Notes under the pieces: model-generated | The model's input: the letters and a program-made list of their open reading frames with translations, nothing else | Databases searched by the model: none | Told to the model about the DNA's origin: nothing | NCBI GenBank assembly: GCA_951406725.2 | Contig: OX597817.1 | Coordinates: forward strand, 134,912,001 to 134,976,000 | DNA length: 64,000 bases | Source of the DNA: Octopus vulgaris | Lineage: Eukaryota | Reading direction: 5' to 3' | Made by a program: the position numbers and the translations under genes | Shown here: in pieces, positions 1 through 14,409 of the stretch | Layout of the letters: every line of letters starts with the position of its first letter | How positions within the stretch are numbered: the stretch's first letter is position 1

Positions 1-591
1 ATAAAAGATACCTACCAGAAAACTTGAATTTCGAGAAAAATGATCACTCAGATATATATATATATGTGTATATGTGTGTCTGTGTATAATAGATAGGTGT
101 ACATATTCCCCCCCACACACACACACACAGACACAACACACACACACGTATATATATATATATACATATGTATGCATACCTATAGGAACACATCTCTGTA
201 TGCATGCACGCATGTGTGTGTGTGTGTGTGTGTGTGTTTGTATCTTAGCCTGAGTGCGTGTGTATACAACATATCATAATTCAAAGAAATTGAAGTATGT
301 TTAAAGATTATGAAACCTTACTGTGGCCTGAACTTCAATGTAAACGTATTTATGTTATTGCTGCACTGAAAAGTTTCAGAGTTGTTTGACTGCTCTCCAA
401 AAACGATGTACCATGTTTTCTACCCCATTCTCTACCAAATAATTATATATAACAGTCACAAATTATACTACCACCATGACAGATACACTGATTTGCAGAG
501 TTGTGCTTCATGACTTTTCATTAATAAATGATGAAGGACAAACGTCGAAACATTAAAACAATCCATTTTGCAAGATTAACTAATATCATGC

Positions 592-1826
592 TCATCGTGC
601 ATTCATCTCCTTGTTATTCTTTCTGAATGTCATTTTACTTTGGGTGAAGGCTCCAACACTGACATCATATATCTTCATTTCAGCAAAATCCTGCTGAAGA
701 AACTGAGTCCGTGGGATAAAGTGTTTCCTGACGAACAGAATCCAACATGTTGTGTTTGTGGGAATATGATCCAGCTCAGCCAAAGTCAGTAGTGGTGTCC
801 CACAAAGTACTGTGTTGTACCCACTCCTCTTCATTATCTACATCAATGACATAGAAGACGTCATCAAATATTCTAGATTGAAAATCGTTGCAGATGATCC
901 AAACTCCAGAAAGCTATAAACGTTATGGGAGACCGAACATGCTTTCAGTCGGATCTGTTTGCTGTTGTCCAGAGGGCGGGAAAAAATATGCTTCTAAATG
1001 AAGTTAAGTTTGATTTGATCCACATTGGAAAAGAGGATACTCTGAAGTTACCATATGCTCTTCTCTCGGGCGACTCCCTAGTGTCATCCAACAACACCAG
1101 AGACCGTGGAGTAATTCTTGATAACAATCCAAGCTGGAGTTCTCACATAAACAGCAAGGTTGACTTGGTCCGCAATATATGCTCCTGGATTCTGAGAACT
1201 TTCCGGTCCACAGATGCCTACACCATCATCCTTCTCTACTTTGACTCCACTTTGAATGCTGTTGCCCACTGTGGTCTCCCCATACGAAGCAACTCATAAT
1301 GAAAGTGGAAGCACTCCAGAGGTCAATAACAAGAAAGATAGACGGCATGAGAGACATTGACTATTGGGGTCGACTAAAAGACTCAATTTCTACTCTTTCC
1401 AACGCCACCGGGAGCGCTACATCATTTGTGTGATGTGGAAAATATTCCATCAATATTGCATAAATGATGCTGGCATCAATTTTAAAATCCATCCAAGACT
1501 TGGCCCCCATGCTATCTGGCCACTACAAAAATCAAACTCAGCACACATAACACTGCGTCACAATTGCTTTATCTCAACCGGTGCAGCTCACTTTAATACC
1601 ATGCTAAAATATGTCAAAACGGAAACGGATCCCATAGAATTCAAATGTTCACTGGACAAATTTCTTCAAAAAATCCCAGACCAACCTCCTACACCCGGAT
1701 ATGTCTCCAACAATAGTAACTCTTTGCTAGAGTGGGCCATGATGCCCCATATATGACTAAAAACTTCACCAGGTGGTGCTATTAAGTTAGACATGGCCTG
1801 GGCCTATACTGGCCGAAACCTATTTA
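592..1826 (+). mobile_element. CR1/L2/Jockey-group non-LTR retrotransposon, decayed 3' half (RT and thumb)
   Basis: About 790-900 reads SGVPQSTVLYPLLFIIYINDIEDVIKYSRLKIVADD (RT motifs GVPQGS.LGP.LF and FADD). Later segments include RDRGVILDNNPSWSSHI and FKCSLDKFLQKIPDQP. Frameshifted; ends next to a TA repeat. Confidence 0.85.
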
Positions 1827-1916
1827 TGTGTATATATATAGATAATATATTTATAAAGCACGATTTATTCACGATCGGAGTTGTTCTAGGTACTATATAT
1901 ATATATATATAGCGAG

Positions 1917-1958
<42 letters not shown>

Positions 1959-2146
1959 TAGGTAGATAGATAGATATAAAGCACAATTTATTCGTGGTCA
2001 GAGGCATATCATAACTTCCCTGTTTTGCATCATTTTTGCAATATTATTCAACCTGGTCTTATAGTTTTGAACAGGGGGTTTCTGGTTCGCAATGTGTTTT
2101 TGAATTATCATCTAATTTATTTGGGGATTTCAGTAAACCTGAATAT

Positions 2147-2553
2147 AGGCGCAGGAGTGACTGTGTGGTAAGTAGCTTGTTTACCAGCCACATTGTTCCG
2201 GGTTCAGTCCCACTGCGTGGCACCTTGGGCAAGTGTCTTCTACTATAGCATCGGGTCGACCAATGCCTTGTGAGTGGATTTGGTAGACGGAAACTGAAAG
2301 AAGCCTGTCGTATATGTGCATATATATGTATGTGTGTGTATGTTTGTGTGTCTGTGTTTGTCCCCCTAGCATTGCTTGACAACCGATGCTGGCGTGTTTG
2401 CGTCCCCGTAATTTACCGGTTCGGCAAAAGAGACCGATAGAATAAGTACTGGGCTTACAAAGAATAAGTCCCGGGGTCGAGTTGCTCGATTAAAGGCGGT
2501 GCTCCAGCATGGCCGCAGTCAAATGACTGAAACAAGTAAAAGAGTAAAGAGTA
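2147..2553 (+). mobile_element. tRNA-derived SINE, family A (full copy)
   Basis: A-box-like GAGTGACTGTGTGG and B-box-like GGTTCAGTCCC, an internal microsatellite and an (AAAGAGT)n tail. Near-identical to many other copies in the window. Confidence 0.9.
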
Positions 2554-2685
2554 AGGGTATGGCAAACCCTTCTCCTATTCCATGTCTTGTCTAGAGATGA
2601 GTCTCATGAATTTGGGTTGTATAGTTCGCCAGAAAAAAAAACAGACAGTGCTCTGCCTTTATAGTTTCCAAGAACAGTTTGTATA

Positions 2686-2689
<4 letters not shown>

Positions 2690-2751
<62 letters not shown>

Positions 2752-2764
2752 CATACATACTTAC

Positions 2765-2853
<89 letters not shown>
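2690..2853. repeat. (TG)n/(TA)n compound microsatellite
   Basis: Directly visible. Confidence 0.98.
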
Positions 2854-2855
<2 letters not shown>

Positions 2856-3207
2856 ATTTATCTTTTTCTTGCTTGAGTAATTAGACTGCAGCCAGCAAAC
2901 ATTTGCTTTGATATATATGTATATTGTGATCAGAAGCCAGCAGCTGCCATTTCTAGCGGACGAGATGTCCAGTCCTGAAGTGAGGCAGATATAGCCCGAA
3001 ACCAGGCTGGTCTTCTGGTCTTGTTGATAGAAAGCGGTGGGGGTTCGCTCCCCTGCTCGCATTATCTTGGATGCAGCCATGCATCGTTAACCAGCTAGAG
3101 GTGACGTCCTCTTGGGGTTAAACAATGGCAGTACAGTCCGTTCTAACGAACAGCCATGTTGTAGCGGCTACAAACATTGCTTATGTGTGTGTGTGAGTGT
3201 GTGTGTA

Positions 3208-3255
<48 letters not shown>

Positions 3256-3699
3256 CGTGTGCGCGCGCATGTATGTTTGCATGTATGTCTTTATATGCAT
3301 GTATGAATGCACCAGTTTGTAACGTGATATATCCATCAGATTAATTATACAATATCATATCATGTATTGTGCGAGTCAGTTGAATCAACAAATGTTCAAT
3401 GAGACGTAGTTTTCTGCTATAATTTGGATGAAACATTAATTATTCCTGGATAGGACGCTAGTCAGTCGGATGTAACTTTCCAGACAGAGCATTTAGTAGA
3501 AGCAATAATGTATTGTAGACTTGACCTTTCCAGATGTTGTGATGTGGATTGTTGTTATTCTTTGATTGAGAAGACCACATATTGGAATATGCCTGAATCT
3601 GTTTGAAGTGGGATAGTGAGGGAGATGGGAAGAAAATGAAGGGGAAATATCAGAGTGAGGATATATGACAAACGCCACGTTGAATAAAATGTAATAATG

Positions 3700-4345
<646 letters not shown>

Positions 4346-4476
4346 AACAAAGGATTTCGATTAAAATAATTTCCTGTCTGTGGTTTTAGCGAGAGAAGTC
4401 ATGCAAAAGTATTTCCCCATACAGGAAAAAGCCGAAACGAAACGAAAGTCATTACCTGAAGAAATTACAAACAACG

Positions 4477-4494
4477 ATGAATAATAATAATAAC

Positions 4495-4584
<90 letters not shown>

Positions 4585-4586
4585 AC

Positions 4587-4644
<58 letters not shown>

Positions 4645-4693
4645 AATAATAACAAAAACAACAACAACAATAATAATAATAATAATGATAATA

Positions 4694-4738
<45 letters not shown>

Positions 4739-4740
4739 GT
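4477..4740. repeat. (AAT)n/(GAT)n trinucleotide block
   Basis: Directly visible. Confidence 0.97.
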
Positions 4741-5065
4741 AAACTAGCGAAATAATGAAGTAATGTAGCTAGAATCATAGCAAGATCCCGATGAACCAAA
4801 AATTAGCAACGAAAATAACAAGGAAATTGTTTGATCGTGGCATAGTAACAATGATAACGGCGACGTTAAAGTCCATGACGACGACGGCAACGATGTGGTT
4901 TTCTTTCGTTTCTATAAGGGTCTGACCACAAGCCGATCAAGCCGATCACAATGACCATCACTACTAAGAAAAGTTTTACTCGCCAAACATCATCATTGCA
5001 GCCGTTAAATAAAATAGCGCAGATGGTGATAGTGGTGGTGGCGGTGGTGGTGGTGGTGGTGGTGG

Positions 5066-5106
<41 letters not shown>

Positions 5107-5134
5107 ATGATGATAGTGACATTAAAGGCGCGGT

Positions 5135-5365
5135 TCATTTCTTCCAGTTTTGTGCCTTCAAATTAAGCCGAAGGCCATCTATGCCTTGCTAGTGCAACAT
5201 CTATTATCTTTCCTTCTTTTTTCATCTGGTCGTCTCGCCTCTATCACTTGGTCACCCTGCATGTTAAAATCCCAGAGTATTTTGTAATGTTCGTCTTCCA
5301 TTACTCCCTCTGGCTTGTGTTCATACCATTGTTCCGCCTCGCGAGATTTGTTTTACCGTACAGCA
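5135..5365 (-). mobile_element. RLE-type (R4/Dong/Hero-like) LINE endonuclease fragment
   Basis: Minus strand reads ILWDFNMQGDQVIEARRPD, typical of the restriction-like endonuclease region. Flanked by (GAT)n and (ATT)n. Confidence 0.7.
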
Positions 5366-5396
5366 GCCAGTGAACATATCTGATCACTATGATTAC

Positions 5397-5450
<54 letters not shown>

Positions 5451-5486
5451 CATCATCATTATTATTACTATTATTATTATTATTAC

Positions 5487-5553
<67 letters not shown>

Positions 5554-5639
5554 CATTTCTCAGAGCTCTCGGTCTTACTTGTTCCGGTTGATTCTATGAG
5601 GGCGGAGAGCAACCTGTTTTCAGGCTCTCTTTCCTTAAA

Positions 5640-6100
5640 TTGGATATTAATTTATCGTGGATGCCATCAACGTGACACTGGAGTACAAATATACGAAACC
5701 CAATATACCCATCACGACTCCCTATCTAATAATGGTACACCAGGTACATGCATCGCAACCATATGTGCGCGTTGTGATGGCCTCAAATCACAATAAATAA
5801 TGCATGACCTAGCAGGAGAGGCCCAGTTAGAATTTTATTCAGGTTGAGTCCATCTCGCTCAAAAGTTCCCTGAACTAGGGTTGTTTAAAGATGATGAATG
5901 AAACAACCCTTTGTTTCCAGAGGTGAATTATTCAAACCCCAAAGAATTCTTCTCAACACATGGCTATGTAACTCCTACACAACTCCTGCCCATGATCAGA
6001 AATACAAATATCGTCAGTAAGGAACATGCTCAACTGTATAAGGTGAAGCAAATAAAAAAATCTGCGGTATTTAGCAGAGTATTTGCTGTCGCCCATCTTT
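5640..6100 (-). mobile_element. Interspersed repeat (SINE or LINE 3' UTR-like), related to 28245-28650
   Basis: 5800-6000 is the reverse complement of about 28445-28650 (e.g. AAACCCCAAAGAATTC / GAATTCTTTGGGGTTT). Confidence 0.65.
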
Positions 6101-6247
6101 AACACGTGACAAAACATATACATGCTATCACTTTCAATCAACTAAGATCAGAATCTATGAGATCCACTGCAAGCAAATTGACATCGCTTGTCAGTGGATG
6201 CGGTGGGGAATTACAACACAGACACAAAATACACACACACAAACGTA

Positions 6248-6319
<72 letters not shown>

Positions 6320-7059
6320 TGTGTGTGTGTGTGTGGTCGACTCCAGGGTACGGGAGAAGCTACTCCCCCAAGACACCGCGCCGCGCAGTGAGACCGAAAC
6401 CGACACCTACGTGGTTACAAATTGAGATGCTTCTTAAACACATAAGTGTTTGAGCAAGTCACCTGATCAATCGTAAATTCCTGCTAATTTCCTGCGCATG
6501 GCAAAATAACAAAATGGTGCCGATTGGTTTTCAGATCACTACCGCACCTCCAACAATCACAATGAGTTTAATGTGTCGGTGAGTTAACAACGGTGGCGGA
6601 ACTGTTATAAAACAAAAAATTAACAGACATAACGGAAAACTTGGCAAAACTCCATGTAATTTTCACAGCTTTCAGGTTTATTTCATTTCATCCAAAAACC
6701 ACACCTGTACACGATTAAGTAATATCTGCTTTTCTCAGCATTTATGATTTAATGACGCAAACATGGCGTTCAATATTGTAGAGCTTTCATTAACGCTCCT
6801 CGTTGCCTTTTCTCTAATTGTGTTGCTTGTAAACGTCTTTTTCTGACTATCATCTCACTCTCTGCTCATTGTATCTTGGCACAATCTCTTTTATAATTTT
6901 CAATTAACATTGCTATATTTTACACCACTATCATATTTTTTCTATTATTTATTAAGTCACTTTTAATTTCCATATTAATGGAAGCTCTACTTCCCTACTT
7001 AAGAACGTAAAAGTTCAGCCGAGACAAAAACAAACCATTTTTTTTCAACAATCTTACAG

Positions 7060-7340
7060 AGCGTAGCCGTCACTTGCAAGCAACGGTAACATAATGGCTT
7101 GTTCCACACCTTCAATAAATATTCTAGATGAGGAGACATAGGCACCTATACGGCTTTCGTCCCCTTCCCACGGTAGGGACATTGAAAGTGTAACAGCTGA
7201 GCGGGGAGAGAACCGTCCTAGCACGAGGACAGTTCTCATTCTTAGCTGAGTAGACTGGAATGAAGTGAGAGGAAGTGCCTTGCTCAAGGACATCATTTGT
7301 TACCTGGTCCAGGGATCAAAAGTTATAATCGTAAACCCGG
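7060..7340 (-). mobile_element. Old tRNA-derived SINE fragment
   Basis: TGAGTAGACTGG...TTGCTCAAGG motif is shared with 14990-15150. Confidence 0.55.
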
Positions 7341-7721
7341 CACTTATAACTAGGCCATAAGGCTAAAATATGGAAGGGTCAACAAAGACCTTGCCATCCT
7401 GTAGCCCTGTCTTCCAATTGCTGATTGTATTCTACAGTTTTACTGACTTACCTATATCGTGTAACTTATCTTGAGAGGATTTCAAGCCTTGTCTTCAATT
7501 TATTCCCTCTTTGACATTTTTAAATATCCATATTTCTATGTGAACGCGGCACGTGACCAAGCGATTAGGAAGCTGCATCCACAACTGCTGCTCGGAGGAA
7601 TTTTCGTCTTTTTCTCTCACTGATATTTATTGTTCTTAACATAACAGATCCATAAGAACAAACACTACAGCAACTAGTCTGTAGATTATGATTCATAAAT
7701 GGTTACACACAGACACATACA

Positions 7722-7765
<44 letters not shown>

Positions 7766-8286
7766 TTTGGGGGATATAACATCCAGGCAGATACCGTGGC
7801 GGCTCTGAGTTATGTTCCAGGTTACGGCTAATTGCATCAAACAGTATTTAACATCTATGACTACTGTCATTTACTCTGTAAATTCCTCCGATGGGTAATG
7901 CCGTTTCCGCTTCACTGGACGGTAATATTGATTGAAGTATATTTTAGCAATAATTATAACGATATTGAACATAAGACTTGTTCATCCTCAAAATTTATTT
8001 CCTCTTATTTTACAATTTTATACGGCATAATTTTATGGTCTTTGTGACTTACACGTGTTTCCAAATGGTAAGCCAAATGGATAGAGCTTGAAAGAAAATC
8101 CTTCCAGGTTGCATTTGCAACTGCCCGTAATTTGTGCAGTGGAAACATAAAGCCTATAAAAATATGCTGTATTATAAAATTGTAAAATAAGAAGAAATAA
8201 ATTTTGAGGGCGAACAAGTCTCATGCTCTACAGCGTTATAATTATAGCAAAAATATACACATGTGTGTGTGTATGTGTGTGTGTGA

Positions 8287-8323
<37 letters not shown>

Positions 8324-10282
8324 ATGATGGTGATGAGTCATTTAGAAGTGATAGATTACAGAACTCAATTTATAAGTATAGAATGTTATAACATTATAAC
8401 TTAGAAACATTGTATTCTACAGTCCTCTGAGTTACACGTTTTCAATCCTTCAGTTGGTAATCCGAGCCTGATCATCATTATACGCCTCAGTAGACACACC
8501 GAACAATTTATCTCTGCTCTTTGTAAATCCAAGTGTTGTTATCGAAAAACAAAAGTGTTTTTCTTGAGTTCATTACCACATTAATGTTTAACTCTAACTC
8601 ATTAATATCTTTGTATTCGTAAAGCTAAAAATGAAAACCAGCTTTGTAAAACTGCATGAATCTGCTATTATATTTCTGTTTTAACCTACGAAAATATTCC
8701 AATCTTCTAAAGACAAACTGATTTTACCATGAAAAAGGAGTTTTCTGATTTTTCTCCTTTTTCTTTTCCTTTTTTTCCCTTTTTGCTAACTACACCTGAC
8801 TCTGGAGTTTCTCAGTTAATCACTCTACACTTAGGGCTACTCTTCAAATTTGAGTTCAGGTCATAAGAGTGATAAAACGGGACAAGAGTGCCAGGCATTC
8901 TTCTCTATCATAGATCGTTATTTCGCTGTTAAATCTTTGATCTCTAGATTAATGTATCAATAAACATATCTAAATTTCTTACGTGTGACTCTGTTATTGT
9001 GCCGCCAACCAGGTAGTAGTTGCGCACTTCGCAAGGTGAAACGAGGATCCGGAGAAACGTGTTCAAATTTCATTGAATAAAACCATGCTAAATTCAAGAA
9101 GAATTGTAATTTATAAACTCAGAAACATAAATTAGCGATTGCTTGAAATATTTAATTCAGATATATTTCTGTTATTTAACGAAGTGTATCCATAAGAGAT
9201 GCTGCCACCAGATGAATACCATGTCTTTGCTTTAAATATGAAGCACAGATAGCTATTTTAATCTAATGACATTTCTGTTGCATACAATGCAGCCAACCAG
9301 TTAATTGCAACATTATGGATATTTCGGTCACTGCTTTCTTCTATTAGTAATGATGGATTTTTCTTTGGCATACAATTGCCAGCAAGTACTCGCTGCTGAC
9401 GAAGCCGCAAAAAGGCAGAAATTCGCAACGAACATTCTCACCACCGTTGCTGGACTATACACGTCTGCTACTGATATAATTTTGTTTCATTTAACACAGT
9501 ACGTCCATATGGGATATTAATTTCAGGCGAATAACTCAATTAATTTGACGTTTCCTTATATGTTTGATCAATTATGATATGCTGAGAGCTATTCTAAAAG
9601 TAAAAACACTTAGAAACAAGGGGTTGAAATGTTATGGTAATGTAAGAACCATAAATGTATGTAAAGCAGAAGTAACAGCAGCACTGGGGACATTTATCCA
9701 CGCTGAAAGTCAACGGGGTCGGTAGAAATAGAAGGCAAATCTTCAAGCTCCAGTAGAGTTTTCAAAAGAAAAAGGAAGAACATGTTTGACAATGTAGCTA
9801 TAGGTATGTTCAATGGCGTGATGGTGACAGCTTGGACGTCTATTTTCATAAAGACCTCATTTAGAATTCACCTGTAAACAACAGCACCAGCGGCAGCAAT
9901 TACAACAGCAACAAAAATAACAACAACAACAGCAAAAGCAGTAAGTCAGACTATGTGACTACAAATTAATACATATCTGTTCATACATCACCAGCGACCT
10001 TGACGAATTATCAACCAGAGAAGCCTCTCGGCACACACAACTGTCTGTATTGATTCAGAACATAACCCATCAAACACAGCCTCCCTCCCTCCACCACCAC
10101 CACCACCACCACCCTACGTCATCATCGGCCTTGGCCAACCATCAACCATTATTTCACAGTTTTCAATAACAAACATCAAATATAATAAACACAACAACGA
10201 TGACTTTCGTGAAATTTGTTTAATTCTAAATATTCTCCCTCTCTTTCTCTCTTCTAGCTATCCATCTTCCTATCTCATTTTT

Positions 10283-10328
<46 letters not shown>

Positions 10329-11384
10329 CGTGCGTGCGTGTTTCTCTACTTTCCAGAACAAATCTAATCTTTATTCAATAATACCATTTCTAAAAATTCA
10401 ACTTTAACCTCAAGCTTCAAAGCTAACCTTCATTTTTAACCCTTAATGTAATTAAAACATTGATGACTGTAATTATCTGTTTGATCATAATGAAATAACC
10501 CCCTGATTGAGTTCTGAGACTTTAAAGGGATGAAACCCTTTCGTGTGATTTATTAATTATTTTTTAGGTACCCACGCTGTACCACATTGTATATGAAGGT
10601 ACCCCAAGACCTAATTAATTCTTGTGTAATAGAACGGATTCTCTAATTTGATTTTCAAATATTCGACTTGAAAATATAATGAACAAACTTTACATATTTG
10701 TAATAATCTAGATAAAAGTTATCGATTCTTTATTTCAATACAAAGTGTCAAATTCATACAAAGAAATGCGATTGTGTAAGTTTTAGGCTTTAATAACATA
10801 AGCCACTAATTGAAACCGTCTGGCGCACTCGAGTCACTTAGAGCTTGCCTCGACCTCCGTACTGTCAACCAATTTCATCTAACCTCTACAATGTGAATTT
10901 TTGATAATAATAAAGTGGATAGTTACTTTTCATGAATCTACTTCTTCTGTGTGTGCGTGTGTGGTTCATTTGTCCTGTATAAACTGATAGACTTGTTGCG
11001 GATCGATTTTAGCCAAAATTGTAATCATTTGACAGAGTCTTTCGTAAGAGTGTTGACGATGAGCCCAGTAGCAATAGGCCACAATCTGATAGAATCCAGG
11101 GAAGTAAAATCATAGCTTTTATAGAATCTAACAGCATATTATATTTAATAACTTGATGCTTTGATTTCCTTACTTCTTTCAAATAGAACATTAATCAAAT
11201 GTGCTACTTTCCGTTTGCAGATTAAAGAGTGAGACTGTGTGATCCTGCAACGACATTGTCATCATTTTATGATCCTAAACTTGGGAGGAGTCGACGATCA
11301 ACTATCCTAACTACGCTGCCTGTTTTAGTCATGTTGTTTCTAAAAGTAAGTCTAGATTTCTAGAACCGACATTTGTGAAAACGC

Positions 11385-11660
11385 GTCGCTTAGTGGCGCA
11401 TTGTGTCCTGGAGCAGGACACTTTATTTAATGTTGCTCCGGTCCACTCAAAGATAGTTACTTTTCATGAATCTACTTCTTTTGTGTGTGTGTGTGGTTTA
11501 TCTCAAAGAGCCAGCCTTGTCACACTCTACGAAAACTACGTTCAGGGTACGCGTGTATATGGCGTGCTCAGCCATTTGCTCCTTAATTTCACAGATCAGG
11601 CTGTTCCCTTGAACTGATCAACTGGGACCCTTGTCGTTGTGACCGATGAAGTACCAGATT
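11385..11660 (+). mobile_element. SINE family B (old copy)
   Basis: Similar to 35557-35940 (GCCAGCCTTGTCACACTCT...ACTACGTT..GGGTAC). Confidence 0.75.
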
Positions 11661-12040
11661 TATTTTTTTACATCCCTATTATCGATGTGTCGGAGATTAG
11701 ACTGCTGCCGGTTCCACACTGACGCAAGTACATCGCAGCTTTTACATATTCATACACATACTAAAATACATCCCCACACACACCATACACGCATATTCTA
11801 TCAATTATTTGCACACACACACACTCACAAACACACACGATATCATCACCTCCCCTATACATGCACACACATCTAATCATTCACCCACACATATACACAC
11901 ATACTACAGTCCATCCATATACACACATGTCCCATCATTTAGCTGTACTTATACACAGTCTTTCTCTGAAGCAAAGATGGGTATCACAACGAAGATATGG
12001 CACGAATATGTATTACTTTATTTCATTATTAATGGCAGTT

Positions 12041-12807
12041 CATAGCAGCTCAAGATCAATGCCTACCTACAAGGAACTACCAGGCCAACATATTAAAGAA
12101 CGGCAGTAGCCCAACATATCGTGTATGTCAACAACAAAATGAAACCATTGATCATGTCTTCAAGTGCAGTCTTCTTGCGCCTACAGAGTATCTCAACAGG
12201 CATGATAGAGCTGCACAATATATTCACTGGGTAATTTGCAAAAGCCTGGACTTTCCCCATGATAAAAACTGGTGGGAACACAAACCACCTCCAGTGCTTG
12301 AAAATGACCACACCTCACTCCTCTGGAACTTCACCATTCAAACTGACAGAAAGATAGACGCGAATAGGCCAGACATCATATTGAAAGACTTCAGACAAAA
12401 AACATGCCTCCTCGTTGATAAGACTGTCCCAATCGATATAAACGTATCTGTCAAGACCTACCAGAAACTGAGCAAATATAAAGATCTGGAAATAGAAATC
12501 AGCAAAATGTGGAACCTGAAGACTAAAACAATACCTGTTGTCATAGGTGCCCTGGAAATGACAGCAAAAGGGGCTTATTGCTACCTAACTCAGATACCAG
12601 GAAACCCGAAAATGACAGAAATTCAAAAGATAGTGCTCATGGGAACTGCTCATATCCTACGCAAAATACTTTCTTTGTAATCTCAAGTTTTAAAACAAAC
12701 ATAATTTTAAAGTTTTAAAACAAACATGAACTTCCAGCTTGTTTTCTCTTGAGGTCTCTGGGTGAGACTTGGAGCCAACTTGTACAAATGTAAATCAAAA
12801 GTCAAAC

Positions 12808-12808
<1 letters not shown>
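12041..12808 (+). mobile_element. 5'-truncated RLE-type (R4/Dong-like) non-LTR retrotransposon: zinc knuckle, PD-(D/E)xK nuclease and 3' UTR
   Basis: IAAQDQCLPTRNY, CRVC...ETIDHV, and ORF 12294..12680 LLWNFTIQTDRKIDANRPDIILKD..CLLVD..KLSKYKDLEIEI..PVVIGAL. The 3' end abuts (TAA)n. Confidence 0.9.
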
Positions 12809-12898
<90 letters not shown>

Positions 12899-12904
12899 AA
12901 CAAC

Positions 12905-13057
12905 AACTTCGAAAAATACCTTAGGGATGAGAAGCCAGGTTCCAAATTTCCCTAAGACACCTGATGAAGGCTGGAGGGTATATCAGCCGAAACGTTGTGT
13001 TAACAACAAAGAAGATGAGGACAAATATCCGTCAACTGTAAATAATGTTAATAATGT
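12905..13057 (+). mobile_element. Short Penelope-type terminal fragment carrying a hammerhead ribozyme
   Basis: Second copy at 55415-55612 (minus strand). Both copies abut (TAA)n. Confidence 0.7.
12956..13001 (+). ncRNA. Minimal type-I hammerhead ribozyme
   Basis: GACAC-CTGATGA-A-GGCTG-(10 nt)-CAGCC-GAAA-C-GTT-GTGTT. Intact core, 5-bp stems I and II, palindromic AACGTT stem III. Confidence 0.85.
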
Positions 13058-13137
13058 CTATAAAAATTGTTTAGCAATAAAGTATAGTATTCGCAAGTTT
13101 TAAACTGGAAGAATGTCCAAATGTTTATATTCTAGGC

Positions 13138-13395
13138 CAGTGGCTCTCAATTGGGGTCAAACTGGCCATTGAGGTTCCATGTAAGATGTGTTGTTAAAAT
13201 TTCAGCGCAACAAATTGGTTATACTTTTGCTATACACAAAATGTTTCAACAATTTTCTTTTATACAATTCCTAATAACATTTAACTATGAAAAATATAAT
13301 AGGATCTTTTAAACATGGAAAAGCTATGAGGGTCCATCCGAGTAGAATATGAATCAAAGGGACCATTAAGGTCAAACGATGGTCGAGTATTACTG
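13138..13395 (+). mobile_element. hAT-like MITE
   Basis: Ends CAGTGGCTCTCAA...TCGAGTATTACTG. The body is homologous (inverted) to 53135-53442. Confidence 0.7.
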
Positions 13396-13734
13396 ATGTA
13401 GATAGTTTCGCAGAAGACGTGTAAATGTTTCTTTAATTTTCTGTAGAAAATAATCCAAAATTACCCCCATTATTCCAAAATTTAGCTTTGAGGTGAGTAT
13501 AAGCGAATTAGAATTGTTTAAAAAAAACATAACTTTGTGCTTTTTAAGTGTGAACTATGGTTTTTGATGTGTCAGAATAGCTGTTCTTTTATTTATTTCG
13601 AGTTTAGTGGTTATATCCTGGACGGAAGTGTATGTACCATGTATTGCACTACGATAAGTTTTAGGCAGAAGTCATTGCTGCGTTCTTTTAAAATTATATT
13701 TATTCTGCTTTATCAGAATTTACATCATCATCAT

Positions 13735-13766
<32 letters not shown>

Positions 13767-13894
13767 TTACTACTACTACTACTACTACTACTACTATTAT
13801 TATTATTATTATTATTATTACTGTTATTATTATTATTGTTATTACTATTATTACTAATAATAATACTATTAATATTATCATTATTATTATTATT

Positions 13895-13932
<38 letters not shown>

Positions 13933-13940
13933 TATTATTA

Positions 13941-14014
<74 letters not shown>

Positions 14015-14409
14015 TCTCTTCACATTATTAATTTTGTTCCTGAGTTCTTTTATAAGTTAATTTGTTTATCTTGAAGTTTGCTATTTTTTTTTAAGAGGAG
14101 GAACAGATCGTTTTCAAAAAAGATTGCAAAAAATTGTTGGCATGGGAGTGCAATTCAGTGCATCCAACCCATATTTATTTTCTGATAACATTATCAGGTG
14201 AGGTGTTTTTTCTTTTCTTTCTTTTCGAGAAAGTAACTTTTGCGTCTTAATCGTTTGATAACAGTTTCCGTCTTCTGGTAGAAAACCGCGCGATAAAAAT
14301 TTTCAAAGATGATATGGGGTTATTTTTGCAGAAAAAGCAATAATTTGAGATTCCATTCTTGTAGTGTCAGTTCAGTGGTAGAAAGATCTCCCTTCAATTA
14401 TATATCTTT

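Noticed and set aside
522-560. ATGATGA-AG-GAC-AAAC-GTC-GAAACATT hammerhead-like motif
   Set aside because: C3 is mutated and stems I and III are poor; at most a decayed relic.
1790-1822. GGCC...GGCC-GAAAC resembling hammerhead stem II
   Set aside because: No CUGANGA-like core upstream; better explained as the LINE 3' stem-loop.
9391-9430. CTGACGA-AGCC-GCAAAAA-GGC-AGAAA hammerhead-like motif
   Set aside because: No convincing stem I, stem III or NUH site; kept only as a weak candidate.
11221-11345. Exon-like segment with TTTGCAG acceptor and GTAAGT donor
   Set aside because: Stops in all three frames and no partner exon or expression evidence.
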